From Escherichia coli (GTDB lineage: Bacteria; Pseudomonadota; Gammaproteobacteria; Enterobacterales; Enterobacteriaceae): 64,000 nucleotides of DNA. The DNA is taken from assembly GCF_022846255.1 (NCBI RefSeq), contig NZ_AP025682.1. One strand, written 5' to 3'. Below, piece by piece: positions 1 through 13,129 of the stretch. The notes under the pieces are model-generated. The model was not told the origin of the DNA. It searched no databases and saw only the letters and a list, made by a program, of their open reading frames with translations. The translations under genes and the position numbers were made by a program. Each line of letters starts with the position of its first letter. The stretch's first letter is position 1.

Positions 1-194
1 TTCCGCAAATTATGCATACGCCGACTGTCGTTATTTTCATGCACCCTCCCGGTTTATAGAAAGTGTGCAACTTTGTTGAACGGTTGTCTGGTGGGAGTTT
101 TGCGTTCCCCGAGGCACGTTCAGAAGAATTTAACGATAGGGTGAAAACTGCTCAAAACTCTGCGAGGCAGCTTCCAGTTCCAGATTAGAGAAAT

Positions 195-222
195 GAAAAA
201 AGCACCCGACAGGTGCTTTTCT
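195..222 (-). terminator. Rho-independent terminator downstream of ihfB
   Basis: hairpin agcacc-cgaca-ggtgct flanked by A-run/T-run (bidirectional shape). Confidence 0.6.
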
Positions 223-245
223 CGCGTTCAAGTTTGAGTAAAAAC

Positions 246-530
246 TTAACCGTAAATATTGGCGCGATCGCGCAGTTCTTTACCTGGTTTAAAGTGAGGA
301 ACGTATTTTCCTTCCAGTTCTACTTTATCGCCAGTCTTCGGATTACGTCCGGTACGTGGTGCGCGGTAGTGCAAAGAGAAACTGCCGAAACCGCGGATTT
401 CAATACGCTCGCCCTGCGCAAGAGTCGAGGCCATATGCTCCAGCATCTCTTTTACTGCATCTTCAACCGTCTTGGCGGGAATGTGCGATTGCTGGGTGGC
501 AAGTCTTTCTATCAATTCTGACTTGGTCAT
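246..530 (-). CDS. ihfB: Integration host factor beta subunit
   Basis: 94-aa [17 protein letters not shown]... recognised as IHF-beta; followed on minus strand by a hairpin + T-run terminator. Confidence 0.95.
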
Positions 531-689
531 GATTCCTCCGGTTCCTTAAAGGCAAATTAAGCGGCTGCTGTTGCTGCATTGATTAAGGGCGGCCGTAGCC
601 GCCCTTAGTGCTTGATTACAGGACGAAACCTGCAATCTGTCAAGTAAACTCAACAAACTTCGGAATAAAAATCCCGAAGAGTCAGAGAA

Positions 690-2363
690 TTACTCGCCTT
701 TAGCTGCTTTGAAAGCTTCAGCCATTGCGTTGTTGGAGAAGTTTGCATCTTCCTGTTTGTTAACAGTTGCGATTGCATCTTTCTCGTCAGCTTCGTCTTT
801 CGCACGAACAGACAGGCTGATTGCGCGGTTTTTACGATCAACGCCGGTGAATTTAGCTTCAACTTCGTCGCCAACGCTCAGAACCAGGGTAGCGTCTTCA
901 ACGCGGTCACGGGATGCTTCAGAAGCACGCAGGTAACCTTCAACGCCGTCAGCCAGTTCTACGGTTGCGCCTTTAGCGTCAACTGCAGTTACTTTACCGG
1001 TTACGATAGCGCCTTTCTTGTTCAGAGCAACCCAGTTGTTGAACGGATCTTCTGCGAGCTGTTTAACGCCCAGGGAGATACGTTCACGTTCTGCGTCAAC
1101 CTGCAGAACAACTGCAGCGATTTCGTCGCCTTTTTTGTATTCACGAACTGCTTCTTCGCCTGCAACGTTCCAGGAGATGTCAGACAGGTGAACCAGGCCG
1201 TCGATGCCGCCGTCCAGGCCGATGAAGATACCGAAGTCAGTGATAGACTTGATTTTACCTTCAACACGGTCGCCCTTGTTGTGGGTTTCCGCGAACTGCT
1301 GCCACGGGTTAGCTTTGCACTGTTTCAGACCCAGGGAGATACGACGACGTTCTTCGTCGATATCCAGAACCATAACTTCCACTACATCGCCAACGTTAAC
1401 AACTTTGGACGGGTGGATGTTTTTGTTGGTCCAATCCATTTCGGAAACGTGTACCAGGCCTTCAACGCCTTCTTCGATTTCAACGAAGCAGCCGTAGTCG
1501 GTCAGGTTGGTCACGCGACCAGTCAGTTTGGTACCTTCCGGATAACGTTTAGCGATAGCTACCCACGGATCTTCGCCCAGCTGTTTCAGGCCCAGGGATA
1601 CACGGGTACGTTCGCGGTCGAACTTCAGCACTTTAACAGTGATTTCGTCGCCCACGTTGACGATTTCGCTCGGATGCTTAACGCGTTTCCAGGCCATGTC
1701 AGTGATGTGCAGCAGGCCGTCAACGCCGCCCAGATCAACGAATGCACCGTAGTCAGTGAGGTTCTTAACGATACCTTTAACTTCCATGCCTTCCTGCAGG
1801 TTTTCCAGCAGCTGATCGCGCTCTGCGCTGTTTTCGGATTCGATAACGGCACGACGAGAAACAACAACGTTGTTGCGCTTCTGATCCAGCTTGATTACTT
1901 TGAATTCAAGCTCTTTGCCTTCCAGGTGCAGAGTGTCACGCACCGGACGAACGTCTACCAGAGAACCTGGCAGGAACGCACGAATACCGTTCAGCTCAAC
2001 AGTGAAGCCGCCCTTAACTTTGCCGTTGATAACACCGGTAACAGTTTCAGCATCTTCGTAAGCTTTTTCCAGCGTGATCCAGGCTTCGTGACGTTTAGCT
2101 TTCTCACGGGACAGCAGAGTTTCACCGAAGCCGTCTTCTACTGCGTCCAGAGCAACGTCAACTTCGTCACCTACCTGGATTTCCAGCTCGCCCTGGGCGT
2201 TTTTGAACTGCTCAGCCGGGATGGCGGACTCAGATTTCAGACCAGCGTCAACCAGTACTACGTCTTTGTCGATAGCAACAACAACGCCACGAACGATAGA
2301 ACCCGGGCGGGTTTCGATTTCTTTTAAGGACTCTTCAAAGAGTTGAGCAAAAGATTCAGTCAT
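690..2363 (-). CDS. rpsA: 30S ribosomal protein S1
   Basis: 557-aa ORF with six S1 domains, [26 protein letters not shown]... start. Confidence 0.97.
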
Positions 2364-2473
2364 GTTTAATCTTCAGGTTTATATTTAACGTCCACCTGGC
2401 TCCATGCCGGATGGGGTTGTTTAACATACCCGCTGTCATTCCATTGCAACGGGGGTACTGCAAATTCGGTCGC

Positions 2474-3157
2474 TTATGCGAGAGCCAATTTCTGGCGCGC
2501 GTATTGTAGCGCTTTTTCAATCACTTGCTCAATGCTTAAGGTGGTGGAATCCAACACTAAAGCATCGGCTGCCGGAACCAGTGGCGCTACCGCTCGGTTA
2601 CGATCGCGGTCGTCGCGTTCTTTGATCTCGGCCAAAAGGCGCTCAAAGTTAACACTAAAGCCCTTCTCCTGCAACTGTAGCATGCGGCGATGCGCACGTT
2701 CTTCCGAGGAGGCGTCAAGGAAAATTTTCACTGGCGCATCAGGGAATACCACCGTTCCCATGTCGCGGCCATCGGCAATCAGGCCTGGTAATTCGCGAAA
2801 CGCGCGTTGGCGACGCAATAATGCTTCACGAACGCGTGGGAATGCCGCGACTTGTGAAGCAGCATTCGCCACTTCCTGAGTACGAATTTCGCCGCTGACA
2901 TCTTCCCCTTCGAGGATCACTTCCAGATTACCGTTGGTTGACACAAAACGTACATCCAGATGGGATGCCAGCGGCACCAGCGCATCTTCCGATGCAACAT
3001 CAACATGGTGATGTAATGCCGCTAGTGCCAGTACGCGATAAATTGCACCCGAATCCAGCAGATGCCATTGCAACGCTTCCGCCATAGCCTTACACAAGGT
3101 GCCTTTCCCTGCACCGCTTGGGCCATCAATGGTAATAACCGGGGCAATTGCCGTCAT
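2474..3157 (-). CDS. cmk: Cytidylate kinase
   Basis: 227-aa ORF, P-loop GPSGAGKGT near N-terminus; conserved position upstream of rpsA. Confidence 0.95.
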
Positions 3158-3329
3158 CTTTATCTCCTTAAAACAGGCGTACCGTTAACATAACCGCGCG
3201 CATTATACGCGCCGACGCCACAAATCGTTAACGTTGTGTGCAAAAACCAGTTTTGTCTGTATTCAGATGGGGATTTATTGCGCAATTATAGCGGGCTGGC
3301 AGAAGACCAGCCCGAAAGATGACAATGAT

Positions 3330-4094
3330 TTACTTACCAGAGGCGATACGATCACGGATGTGTTGCGCACGCTCTGTTGATGGTGGGTGAGAATCAAACA
3401 TGGACTGGGTGCGACCGCCATCCAGGCTGGCCAGTTTTTCAAAGCTACCAACCAGCCCCTGGGTACTGATGCCACGTTTCTTCAACAGATCAAAAGAGAA
3501 ATCATCTGCTTCGGATTCTTTATCACGGGAGTATTTAGCATTGATAGCGCCTTCTGCGATATCACCTAATTGTGAACGGGAAAGCTGGGAAGCCACACCG
3601 CTGGTAGCTGAAATGGCATCGCGTGCGGCCACGATCGCATAAGAAGCTTTCATTTCAGCCAGCGAGTGACCCAACGCGACGTGGCCCAGTTCATGGCCCA
3701 GAACGCCTTCAATTTCGTTGTCGTTCATCATGTCCATCAGGCCACTGTAGACACGAACACAACCGTTCGCCATCGCCCATGCGTTGACGTCGCTGGTCAT
3801 ATAAACCTTATAGTTGACTGGCGTGCCATTAATATTGTTACCCAATGCTTTGGCGATTTTTGCCAGACGTTTCCCGTACTTGCTGGATTTGCTTGCCACT
3901 TTATTGCCGCTGTCCATTTCGACACAGCCCTGATTGGCGATTGCTTTAGCATCAGCATCGCTTAATGTTGCGGCTTTATAAGCATTCAGACCTGAGCTGA
4001 TAGCCAAATCGGTATTAATACCGTGCGTATTCTGACATCCTGTCAGTAAGGCTGCAGAGGTCGCAATCGCCAGCAATAATTTAGTATTCTTCAT
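3330..4094 (-). CDS. ycaL: M48-family metallopeptidase lipoprotein (YcaL)
   Basis: ORF 3330..4103; likely start at MKNTKLLLAIATSAALLTGC (lipobox); HELGHVALGH zinc motif. Confidence 0.85.
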   Translation of the reverse strand: MKNTKLLLAIATSAALLTGCQNTHGINTDLAISSGLNAYKAATLSDADAKAIANQGCVEMDSGNKVASKSSKYGKRLAKIAKALGNNINGTPVNYKVYMTSDVNAWAMANGCVRVYSGLMDMMNDNEIEGVLGHELGHVALGHSLAEMKASYAIVAARDAISATSGVASQLSRSQLGDIAEGAINAKYSRDKESEADDFSFDLLKKRGISTQGLVGSFEKLASLDGGRTQSMFDSHPPSTERAQHIRDRIASGK

Positions 4095-4263
4095 GTGAAT
4101 CATCCGTTGATTAATTATATATAAACATTATGTATCAACAAGTTACATTGATAATTAACGCTACCATTAATAAAAATACCCCACAAGGTCCGAAAAAAAA
4201 CGCCGGCAATGTGCCGACGTCTTTGAAAAGAAAGGATTGTCTATGTTATCGCCCGTTATTCAT

Positions 4264-5547
4264 TCAGCCGGGTTGACTTATCCGCGCCAATTGCTCGAAA
4301 TAGTCTGGAAAAGTTTTAGCGGTACATTTTGGATCAAGAATCGTCACAGCCGTATCTGATAATGCGACCAGCGAGAAACACATCGCCATCCGGTGATCAT
4401 TATAAGTGGCGATCTCAGCAAATTTCAGTTTTTCCGGTGGCGTAATGCGAATGAAATCATGCCCCTCTTCGACTTCCGCACCGACTTTACGCAGTTCTGT
4501 TGCCATCGCAAACAGGCGATCGGTCTCTTTAACACGCCAGTTATAGATATTGCGCAGCGTGGTGGTGCCTTTTGCAAATAACGCCGCGGTGGCAATGGTC
4601 ATCGCCGCATCGGGAATATGGTTCATATCCATATCAATGGCGTTCAGTTCACCACGCGTGCAGGAAATATAATCATCGCCCCAGCAAATGGTCGCGCCCA
4701 TTTTTTCCAGAACATCAGCAAAGCGAATATCACCCTGCATACTGTTGCGTCCAATGCCGGTCACTTTTACAGTGCCGCCTCTGATTGCTGCTGCTGCCAG
4801 GAAATAAGAAGCCGAAGATGCATCGCCTTCAACCAAATAAGTGCCCGGAGACTGGTAAGACTGCCCCCCTTTTACGACAAATTGTTGATAGTGCTGATTT
4901 TCAATTTCAACACCAAACGTCTTCATCAGATTGAGGGTGATATCGATATAAGGTTTAGAAACCAGATCGCCTTTAATACGAATCACCGTATCTTCCGGCG
5001 CAAGAGGCGCAGTCATTAACAGTGCGGTGAGGAACTGGCTGGAAACGGAGCCATCAACATCAACGTTGCCGCCAGTAAAGCCGCCCTGTAAACGCAATGG
5101 CGGATAATTTTCTTGTTCCAGGTAAGTGATCTTCGCCCCGCCCTGGCGCAGCGCATCCACCAGATGACCAATCGGGCGTTCTTTCATTCGCAGTTCACCG
5201 GTCAGTACAATATCATTGCTACCCAGGCAAAGTGCTGCCGCCAGCGGACGCATTGCCGTTCCGGCGTTACCGAGGAACAACTCCCGGGCACTTTCTGCGT
5301 GTAATGGACCACCGTTACCGATAATTTCGCAACGCGTACGATCGGCTGAAAGCGTATAGCTTACCCCTAACGCTGTTAATGCATTCAGCATATGGCGCAC
5401 GTCATCGCTATCCAGCAGATTGGTTAATACTGTTTTGCCGTGTGCTAATGCCGCCAGCAATAAAGCGCGGTTAGAAACGCTCTTGGAACCGGGCAGATTA
5501 ATAGTGCCATCGACACGAGCGATGGGTTGTAACGTTAGGGATTCCAT
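4264..5547 (-). CDS. aroA: 3-phosphoshikimate 1-carboxyvinyltransferase (EPSP synthase)
   Basis: 427-aa [38 protein letters not shown]... Confidence 0.96.
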   Translation of the reverse strand: MESLTLQPIARVDGTINLPGSKSVSNRALLLAALAHGKTVLTNLLDSDDVRHMLNALTALGVSYTLSADRTRCEIIGNGGPLHAESARELFLGNAGTAMRPLAAALCLGSNDIVLTGELRMKERPIGHLVDALRQGGAKITYLEQENYPPLRLQGGFTGGNVDVDGSVSSQFLTALLMTAPLAPEDTVIRIKGDLVSKPYIDITLNLMKTFGVEIENQHYQQFVVKGGQSYQSPGTYLVEGDASSASYFLAAAAIRGGTVKVTGIGRNSMQGDIRFADVLEKMGATICWGDDYISCTRGELNAIDMDMNHIPDAAMTIATAALFAKGTTTLRNIYNWRVKETDRLFAMATELRKVGAEVEEGHDFIRITPPEKLKFAEIATYNDHRMAMCFSLVALSDTAVTILDPKCTAKTFPDYFEQLARISQPG

Positions 5548-5617
5548 GAACTCAACTCTCTACAACAGAAATAAAAACCCCACAGGCTGGCTGTGGGGAT
5601 TATGCAAAATTTCGACA

Positions 5618-6706
5618 TTAGCCGTGACGACGTTCGAACTCAACCATGAAGTCTGTCAGTGCTTTAACACCTTCCAGCGGCATGGCGTTATAAATAGACG
5701 CACGCATTCCGCCGACCACTCGGTGACCTTTCAGCGCATGTAAGCCCGCAGCGAAAGACTCTTCGAGGAACAATTTATCAAGCGCGCTATCCGCCAACTG
5801 GAACGGCACGTTCATCCGTGAACGGTTAGCTTTCGCCACATCATTGCGGTAGAAATCGCTGTTATCAATCACCCCATACAGCAGTTCTGCTTTTTGCTGA
5901 TTGATCTTATCCATTGCAACCACACCGCCGTTCGCTTTCAGCCATTTGAAGACCAGGCCAGATAAGTACCAGGCAAATGTCGGCGGCGTGTTGAACATGG
6001 AATCGTTATCGTTGAGGATGGAGTAATCCAGAATCGATGGGCAGGCGATATTCGCTTTGCCCAGCAAATCTTCACGAACGATGACGATTGTCAGGCCAGC
6101 CGGGCCGATATTTTTCTGCGCGCCAGCGTAAATTACACCATAACGGCTGACATCAATCGGACGGGAAAGAATGGTTGAAGAGAAGTCAGCGGCGACCACC
6201 ACGTCTTTGCCGAAGTCTGGCGTTTCGTCGATGGCGATACCGTCAATGGTTTCGTTCGGGCAGTAATGCATATAAGCAGCATTATCAGAGAGTTGCCATT
6301 CACTCATTGGCTTAACTGCGCGAAGACCATCAACGGTCACTTTCGCATCAAACACATTTGGTGTGCAGTATTTTTTCGCTTCTTTGATAGCACTTGCTGC
6401 CCAGTAACCCGCATCAACATAATCTGCAGTGGTTTTATCACCAAGAATATTCAGCGGTACAGCAGCAAATTGACCGCGACCACCGCCATGGCAGAACAAT
6501 ACCTTGTAGTTGGAGGGGACGTTAAGAAGATCGCGAAAATCCTTCTCGGCTTCCTCTGCAACCTGAATGAACTCTTTGCCACGGTGACTCACTTCCATCA
6601 CCGACGTACCAAGACCGTTCCAGTCGCGCAGTTCCTGTTGAGCCTGTTTAAGCACCTCTGCCGGTAGCATTGCCGGACCAGAACTAAAATTGAAGATTTG
6701 AGCCAT
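5618..6706 (-). CDS. serC: Phosphoserine aminotransferase
   Basis: 362-aa [24 protein letters not shown]...; serC-aroA operon arrangement. Confidence 0.96.
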   Translation of the reverse strand: MAQIFNFSSGPAMLPAEVLKQAQQELRDWNGLGTSVMEVSHRGKEFIQVAEEAEKDFRDLLNVPSNYKVLFCHGGGRGQFAAVPLNILGDKTTADYVDAGYWAASAIKEAKKYCTPNVFDAKVTVDGLRAVKPMSEWQLSDNAAYMHYCPNETIDGIAIDETPDFGKDVVVAADFSSTILSRPIDVSRYGVIYAGAQKNIGPAGLTIVIVREDLLGKANIACPSILDYSILNDNDSMFNTPPTFAWYLSGLVFKWLKANGGVVAMDKINQQKAELLYGVIDNSDFYRNDVAKANRSRMNVPFQLADSALDKLFLEESFAAGLHALKGHRVVGGMRASIYNAMPLEGVKALTDFMVEFERRHG

Positions 6707-6904
6707 TTCCCCTCACCACGTTGCGTTGCTATTAACCCGCGGTCAATCGATTGCGACCACAGGTAATACATTATTCCAGTGGCTATCGGTTTTATCATTC
6801 AGTGACACACATCGCAATGAGTAAAACCGTTGAGGGCAAAAATGTGGCTTGCATCACACAAAAGAATCTCTCGGATTATTAGCAAAAAGCCGATGTTTTT
6901 GCTG

Positions 6905-7597
6905 TCAGGTCACCCGTTTAGCCCGACTTGCCTTCGTCCATTCTGGATTTGCACAGCGCGGACATAATTGTTTTTCCCCCGCGTTCATATGAATGATTTC
7001 ACTGCAACGGATGCAGGCATAGTCCGCCGACTCCGGCACCACTTTGTAACGCTGAGTACAGTCACTGGGTAAAATAAGTAATCCCGGTTTCACCTTGTCA
7101 TCTTCAAAGAAATAAACACTGATTTGCCCGTTGGTTTCAAGAATCGCCAGACGTACCTGTCCCAACTGCTCTACACCGCGCAATCGTAGCTCCATAAAGA
7201 ACTCAAATTCCGTCATGTTGGAGTTATTGAGTTTCGACCAGGCCAGCTCGCCATCTTCAATAATGACAACCGGCTTGCCTTCCAGAAGATCTTCCAGTTT
7301 TTCACTGTGCGCCATCAACCACATTACCAGGCGGTATAACAACGCCAGAGTAATAAAGACGATAAGTACCGGGACCATCGGCACATCATCATAAAACGCC
7401 ACATCTCCCGCCGCTGAACCCAGTGTCAGAATGATTAACACTTCAAACAGCGACATCTGCCGCACACCGCGTCTTCCGGTCATTTTGAGGAACAAAAAAA
7501 CCAGTACAAAGGTATAAAGACTACGTAGTGCAACTTCGCCAAGGAAATCAAAAGGCACTTTATCAAATGCCATACGGTGGAGATCGAACGCCTTCAT
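6905..7597 (-). CDS. ycaP: DUF421 inner-membrane protein YcaP
   Basis: 230-aa ORF with N-terminal hydrophobic segments, position between serC and ycaO. Confidence 0.8.
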   Translation of the reverse strand: MKAFDLHRMAFDKVPFDFLGEVALRSLYTFVLVFLFLKMTGRRGVRQMSLFEVLIILTLGSAAGDVAFYDDVPMVPVLIVFITLALLYRLVMWLMAHSEKLEDLLEGKPVVIIEDGELAWSKLNNSNMTEFEFFMELRLRGVEQLGQVRLAILETNGQISVYFFEDDKVKPGLLILPSDCTQRYKVVPESADYACIRCSEIIHMNAGEKQLCPRCANPEWTKASRAKRVT

Positions 7598-7726
7598 TTT
7601 TATGCTCTTATCGTGGTTTATCCGCTAAAAGCATAGCCAACAGTTCATCGGCATGGCGGCGGTGATAGCGCCTTTGAGATAAAACCCGTATTATTGCGCG
7701 CTTTCCGTACGACTAAAGTGATTTTC

Positions 7727-9487
7727 ATGACGCAAACATTTATCCCCGGCAAAGATGCCGCTCTGGAAGATTCCATCGCACGCTTCCAGCAAAAACTTTC
7801 AGACCTCGGTTTTCAGATTGAAGAGGCCTCCTGGCTGAATCCCGTGCCTAACGTCTGGTCTGTACATATTCGCGACAAAGAGTGCGCACTGTGTTTTACC
7901 AACGGTAAAGGCGCAACCAAAAAAGCGGCGCTAGCTTCTGCCCTCGGTGAATATTTCGAGCGTCTCTCAACCAACTACTTTTTTGCGGACTTCTGGCTGG
8001 GCGAAACCATCGCCAACGGCCCATTCGTGCATTATCCCAACGAAAAATGGTTCCCACTGACCGAAAATGACGATGTACCAGAAGGGCTGCTCGATGACCG
8101 TCTGCGCGCATTTTACGATCCGGAGAATGAACTGACCGGTAGTATGCTGATTGACCTGCAATCCGGTAACGAAGATCGTGGTATTTGCGGTCTACCGTTT
8201 ACGCGCCAGTCCGACAATCAGACCATTTATATTCCGATGAATATCATTGGTAACTTGTACGTTTCTAACGGTATGTCTGCTGGCAATACCCGTAACGAAG
8301 CACGCGTTCAGGGGTTGTCCGAAGTTTTCGAACGTTACGTGAAAAACCGCATTATTGCTGAAAGCATCAGCTTGCCGGAAATCCCGGCAGACGTGCTGGC
8401 ACGTTATCCAGCAGTAGTTGAAGCGATCGAAACGCTGGAAGCGGAAGGTTTCCCGATCTTCGCTTATGACGGTTCGCTTGGCGGCCAGTATCCGGTGATT
8501 TGCGTGGTACTGTTCAATCCTGCTAACGGTACCTGCTTTGCCTCATTCGGTGCGCATCCTGATTTTGGCGTTGCACTGGAACGTACCGTGACCGAGTTGC
8601 TGCAAGGTCGTGGCCTGAAAGATCTGGATGTGTTTACTCCACCAACCTTCGATGATGAAGAAGTCGCTGAACATACCAACCTCGAAACGCACTTTATCGA
8701 TTCCAGCGGTTTAATCTCCTGGGACCTGTTCAAGCAGGATGCCGATTATCCGTTTGTTGACTGGAGCTTCTCCGGCACCACGGAAGAAGAGTTCGCCACG
8801 CTGATGGCTATCTTCAAAAAGGAAGATAAAGAAGTTTATATTGCCGATTACGAGCATCTGGGTGTCTACGCTTGCCGTATTATCGTGCCTGGCATGTCCG
8901 ATATTTATCCGGCTGAAGATCTGTGGCTGGCGAATAACAGTATGGGCAGCCATTTACGTGAAACGATTCTTTCGCTACCAGGTAGCGAGTGGGAAAAGGA
9001 AGATTACCTGAACCTCATCGAGCAACTGGATGAAGAAGGTTTTGATGACTTTACCCGCGTGCGTGAACTGTTGGGTCTGGCGACCGGGTCGGATAACGGC
9101 TGGTACACTCTGCGTATCGGTGAATTAAAAGCCATGCTGGCGCTGGCTGGTGGCGATCTGGAACAGGCTCTGGTCTGGACCGAATGGACGATGGAGTTTA
9201 ACTCATCAGTATTCAGCCCGGAACGCGCCAATTATTATCGCTGCCTGCAAACGTTGTTATTACTGGCGCAGGAAGAAGATCGCCAGCCGCTGCAATATCT
9301 GAATGCGTTTGTTCGCATGTACGGCGCAGATGCCGTGGAAGCCGCCAGTGCGGCAATGAGCGGCGAAGCGGCATTTTATGGCTTGCAACCAGTAGATAGC
9401 GATCTGCACGCGTTTGCTGCACATCAGTCGTTGTTGAAGGCCTACGAAAAGCTGCAACGCGCCAAAGCAGCATTCTGGGCAAAATAA
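7727..9487 (+). CDS. ycaO: YcaO (ribosomal protein S12 methylthiotransferase accessory factor)
   Basis: ORF 7694..9487; start placed at MTQTFIPGKDAALEDS... (586 aa). Confidence 0.9.
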   Translation: MTQTFIPGKDAALEDSIARFQQKLSDLGFQIEEASWLNPVPNVWSVHIRDKECALCFTNGKGATKKAALASALGEYFERLSTNYFFADFWLGETIANGPFVHYPNEKWFPLTENDDVPEGLLDDRLRAFYDPENELTGSMLIDLQSGNEDRGICGLPFTRQSDNQTIYIPMNIIGNLYVSNGMSAGNTRNEARVQGLSEVFERYVKNRIIAESISLPEIPADVLARYPAVVEAIETLEAEGFPIFAYDGSLGGQYPVICVVLFNPANGTCFASFGAHPDFGVALERTVTELLQGRGLKDLDVFTPPTFDDEEVAEHTNLETHFIDSSGLISWDLFKQDADYPFVDWSFSGTTEEEFATLMAIFKKEDKEVYIADYEHLGVYACRIIVPGMSDIYPAEDLWLANNSMGSHLRETILSLPGSEWEKEDYLNLIEQLDEEGFDDFTRVRELLGLATGSDNGWYTLRIGELKAMLALAGGDLEQALVWTEWTMEFNSSVFSPERANYYRCLQTLLLLAQEEDRQPLQYLNAFVRMYGADAVEAASAAMSGEAAFYGLQPVDSDLHAFAAHQSLLKAYEKLQRAKAAFWAK

Positions 9488-9892
9488 AATCAAATAGCCT
9501 ACGCAATGTAGGCTTAATGATTCGTCTGAGTTATATTACGGGGCGTTTTTTTAATGCCCCGCTTTACATATATTTGCATTAATAAAATAATTGTAATTAT
9601 AAGGTTAAATATCGGTAATTTGTATTTAATAAATACGATCGATATTGTTACTTTATTCGCCAGGTGCTCCCTTTTAATTAACTGTTTTAGCGGAGGATGC
9701 GGAAAAAATTCAACTCATTTGTTAATTTTTAAAATTTATTTTTATTTGGATAATCAAATATTTACTCCGTATTTGCATAAAAACCATGCGAGTTACGGGC
9801 CTATAAGCCAGGCGAGATATGATCTATATCAATTTCTCATCTATAATGCTTTGTTAGTATCTCGTCGCCGACTTAATAAAGAGAGAGTTAGT

Positions 9893-10750
9893 GTGAAAGC
9901 TGACAACCCTTTTGATCTTTTACTTCCTGCTGCAATGGCCAAAGTGGCCGAAGAGGCAGGTGTCTATAAAGCAACGAAACATCCGCTTAAGACTTTCTAT
10001 CTGGCGATTACCGCCGGTGTTTTCATCTCAATCGCATTCGTCTTCTATATCACAGCAACCACTGGCACAGGTACAATGCCCTTCGGCATGGCAAAACTGG
10101 TTGGCGGCATTTGCTTCTCTCTGGGGTTGATTCTTTGTGTTGTCTGCGGAGCCGATCTCTTTACTTCCACAGTGTTGATTGTTGTTGCCAAGGCGAGTGG
10201 GCGCATCACCTGGGGTCAGTTGGCGAAAAACTGGCTAAATGTTTATTTTGGCAACCTGGTCGGCGCACTGCTGTTTGTACTTTTAATGTGGCTTTCCGGC
10301 GAGTATATGACCGCAAATGGTCAATGGGGACTAAACGTCCTACAAACCGCCGACCACAAAGTGCACCATACTTTTATTGAGGCCGTCTGTCTTGGTATCC
10401 TGGCGAACCTGATGGTATGTCTGGCAGTATGGATGAGTTATTCTGGCCGCAGCCTGATGGACAAAGCGTTCATTATGGTGCTGCCGGTCGCGATGTTTGT
10501 TGCCAGCGGTTTTGAGCACAGTATCGCAAACATGTTTATGATCCCGATGGGTATTGTAATCCGCGACTTCGCATCTCCGGAATTCTGGACCGCTGTCGGT
10601 TCTGCACCGGAAAATTTTTCTCACCTGACCGTGATGAACTTCATCACTGATAACCTGATTCCGGTTACGATCGGTAATATTATCGGCGGTGGTTTGTTGG
10701 TTGGGTTGACATACTGGGTCATTTATCTGCGTGAAAACGATCACCATTAA
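9893..10750 (+). CDS. focA: Formate channel FocA
   Basis: C-terminal 285 aa of ORF 9554..10750; start placed at in-frame GTG (VKADNPFDLLLPAAMAK...); the upstream part of the ORF is AT-rich promoter DNA. Confidence 0.9.
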   Translation: MKADNPFDLLLPAAMAKVAEEAGVYKATKHPLKTFYLAITAGVFISIAFVFYITATTGTGTMPFGMAKLVGGICFSLGLILCVVCGADLFTSTVLIVVAKASGRITWGQLAKNWLNVYFGNLVGALLFVLLMWLSGEYMTANGQWGLNVLQTADHKVHHTFIEAVCLGILANLMVCLAVWMSYSGRSLMDKAFIMVLPVAMFVASGFEHSIANMFMIPMGIVIRDFASPEFWTAVGSAPENFSHLTVMNFITDNLIPVTIGNIIGGGLLVGLTYWVIYLRENDHH

Positions 10751-10804
10751 TGGTTGTCGAAGTACGCAGTAAATAAAAAATCCACTTAAGAAGGTAGGTG
10801 TTAC

Positions 10805-13087
10805 ATGTCCGAGCTTAATGAAAAGTTAGCCACAGCCTGGGAAGGTTTTACCAAAGGTGACTGGCAGAATGAAGTAAACGTCCGTGACTTCATTCAGAAA
10901 AACTACACTCCGTACGAGGGTGACGAGTCCTTCCTGGCTGGCGCTACTGAAGCGACCACCACCCTGTGGGACAAAGTAATGGAAGGCGTTAAACTGGAAA
11001 ACCGCACTCACGCGCCAGTTGACTTTGACACCGCTGTTGCTTCCACCATCACCTCTCACGACGCTGGCTACATCAACAAAGCGTTGGAAAAAGTTGTTGG
11101 TCTGCAGACTGAAGCTCCGCTGAAACGTGCTCTTATCCCGTTCGGTGGTATCAAAATGATCGAAGGTTCCTGCAAAGCGTACAACCGCGAACTGGACCCG
11201 ATGATCAAAAAAATCTTCACTGAATACCGTAAAACTCACAACCAGGGCGTGTTCGACGTTTACACTCCGGACATCCTGCGTTGCCGTAAATCCGGTGTTC
11301 TGACCGGTCTGCCAGATGCTTATGGCCGTGGTCGTATCATCGGTGACTACCGTCGCGTTGCGCTGTACGGTATCGACTATCTGATGAAAGACAAATACGC
11401 TCAGTTCACCTCTCTGCAGGCTGATCTGGAAAACGGCGTAAACCTGGAACAGACTATCCGTCTGCGCGAAGAAATCGCTGAACAGCACCGCGCTCTGGGT
11501 CAGATGAAAGAAATGGCTGCGAAATACGGCTACGACATCTCTGGTCCGGCTACCAACGCTCAGGAAGCTATCCAGTGGACTTACTTCGGCTACCTGGCTG
11601 CTGTTAAGTCTCAGAACGGTGCTGCAATGTCCTTCGGTCGTACCTCCACCTTCCTGGATGTGTACATCGAACGTGACCTGAAAGCTGGCAAGATCACCGA
11701 ACAAGAAGCGCAGGAAATGGTTGACCACCTGGTCATGAAACTGCGTATGGTTCGCTTCCTGCGTACTCCGGAATACGATGAACTGTTCTCTGGCGACCCG
11801 ATCTGGGCAACCGAATCTATCGGTGGTATGGGCCTCGACGGTCGTACCCTGGTTACCAAAAACAGCTTCCGTTTCCTGAACACCCTGTACACCATGGGTC
11901 CGTCTCCGGAACCGAACATGACCATTCTGTGGTCCGAAAAACTGCCGCTGAACTTCAAGAAATTCGCTGCTAAAGTGTCCATCGACACCTCTTCTCTGCA
12001 GTATGAGAACGATGACCTGATGCGTCCGGACTTCAACAACGATGACTACGCTATCGCTTGCTGCGTAAGCCCGATGATCGTTGGTAAACAAATGCAGTTC
12101 TTCGGTGCGCGTGCAAACCTGGCGAAAACCATGCTGTACGCAATCAACGGCGGCGTTGACGAAAAACTGAAAATGCAGGTTGGTCCGAAGTCTGAGCCGA
12201 TCAAAGGCGATCTCCTGAACTACGATGAAGTGATGGAGCGCATGGATCACTTCATGGACTGGCTGGCTAAACAGTACATCACTGCACTGAACATCATCCA
12301 CTACATGCACGACAAGTACAGCTACGAAGCCTCTCTGATGGCGCTGCACGACCGTGACGTTATCCGCACCATGGCGTGTGGTATCGCTGGTCTGTCCGTT
12401 GCTGCTGACTCCCTGTCTGCAATCAAATATGCGAAAGTTAAACCGATTCGTGACGAAGACGGTCTGGCTATCGACTTCGAAATCGAAGGCGAATACCCGC
12501 AGTTTGGTAACAACGATCCGCGTGTAGATGACCTGGCTGTTGACCTGGTAGAACGTTTCATGAAGAAAATTCAGAAACTGCACACCTACCGTGACGCTAT
12601 CCCGACTCAGTCTGTTCTGACCATCACTTCTAACGTTGTGTATGGTAAGAAAACTGGTAACACCCCAGACGGTCGTCGTGCTGGCGCGCCGTTCGGACCG
12701 GGTGCTAACCCGATGCACGGTCGTGACCAGAAAGGTGCAGTAGCCTCTCTGACTTCCGTTGCTAAACTGCCGTTTGCTTACGCTAAAGATGGTATCTCCT
12801 ACACCTTCTCTATCGTTCCGAACGCACTGGGTAAAGACGACGAAGTTCGTAAGACCAACCTGGCTGGTCTGATGGATGGTTACTTCCACCACGAAGCGTC
12901 CATCGAAGGTGGTCAGCACCTGAACGTTAACGTGATGAACCGTGAAATGCTGCTCGACGCGATGGAAAACCCGGAAAAATATCCGCAGCTGACCATCCGT
13001 GTATCTGGCTACGCAGTACGTTTCAACTCGCTGACTAAAGAACAGCAGCAGGACGTTATTACTCGTACCTTCACTCAATCTATGTAA
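10805..13087 (+). CDS. pflB: Pyruvate formate-lyase (formate C-acetyltransferase 1)
   Basis: 760-aa [32 protein letters not shown]..., C-terminal glycyl-radical motif RVSGYAV. Confidence 0.97.
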   Translation: MSELNEKLATAWEGFTKGDWQNEVNVRDFIQKNYTPYEGDESFLAGATEATTTLWDKVMEGVKLENRTHAPVDFDTAVASTITSHDAGYINKALEKVVGLQTEAPLKRALIPFGGIKMIEGSCKAYNRELDPMIKKIFTEYRKTHNQGVFDVYTPDILRCRKSGVLTGLPDAYGRGRIIGDYRRVALYGIDYLMKDKYAQFTSLQADLENGVNLEQTIRLREEIAEQHRALGQMKEMAAKYGYDISGPATNAQEAIQWTYFGYLAAVKSQNGAAMSFGRTSTFLDVYIERDLKAGKITEQEAQEMVDHLVMKLRMVRFLRTPEYDELFSGDPIWATESIGGMGLDGRTLVTKNSFRFLNTLYTMGPSPEPNMTILWSEKLPLNFKKFAAKVSIDTSSLQYENDDLMRPDFNNDDYAIACCVSPMIVGKQMQFFGARANLAKTMLYAINGGVDEKLKMQVGPKSEPIKGDLLNYDEVMERMDHFMDWLAKQYITALNIIHYMHDKYSYEASLMALHDRDVIRTMACGIAGLSVAADSLSAIKYAKVKPIRDEDGLAIDFEIEGEYPQFGNNDPRVDDLAVDLVERFMKKIQKLHTYRDAIPTQSVLTITSNVVYGKKTGNTPDGRRAGAPFGPGANPMHGRDQKGAVASLTSVAKLPFAYAKDGISYTFSIVPNALGKDDEVRKTNLAGLMDGYFHHEASIEGGQHLNVNVMNREMLLDAMENPEKYPQLTIRVSGYAVRFNSLTKEQQQDVITRTFTQSM

Positions 13088-13129
13088 TTAGATTTGACTG
13101 AAATCGTACAGTAAAAAGCGTACAATAAA

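Noticed and set aside
9554-9892. N-terminal 113-aa extension of the focA ORF (MPRFTYICINKIIVIIRL...)
   Set aside because: Extremely AT-rich, low-complexity translation of the focA-pflB promoter region; FocA begins at the in-frame GTG at 9893.
10826-13078. 750-aa ORF on the minus strand exactly antisense to pflB
   Set aside because: pflB on the plus strand is unambiguous (glycyl-radical enzyme); the antisense frame is open because of codon-composition bias and its product is low-complexity (V/T/F/R-rich). Similar antisense ORFs opposite rpsA (1188..2327), dmsA (19004..19960), ftsK (25323..26105), clpA (51493..52326) and macB (54680..55513) were rejected for the same reason.
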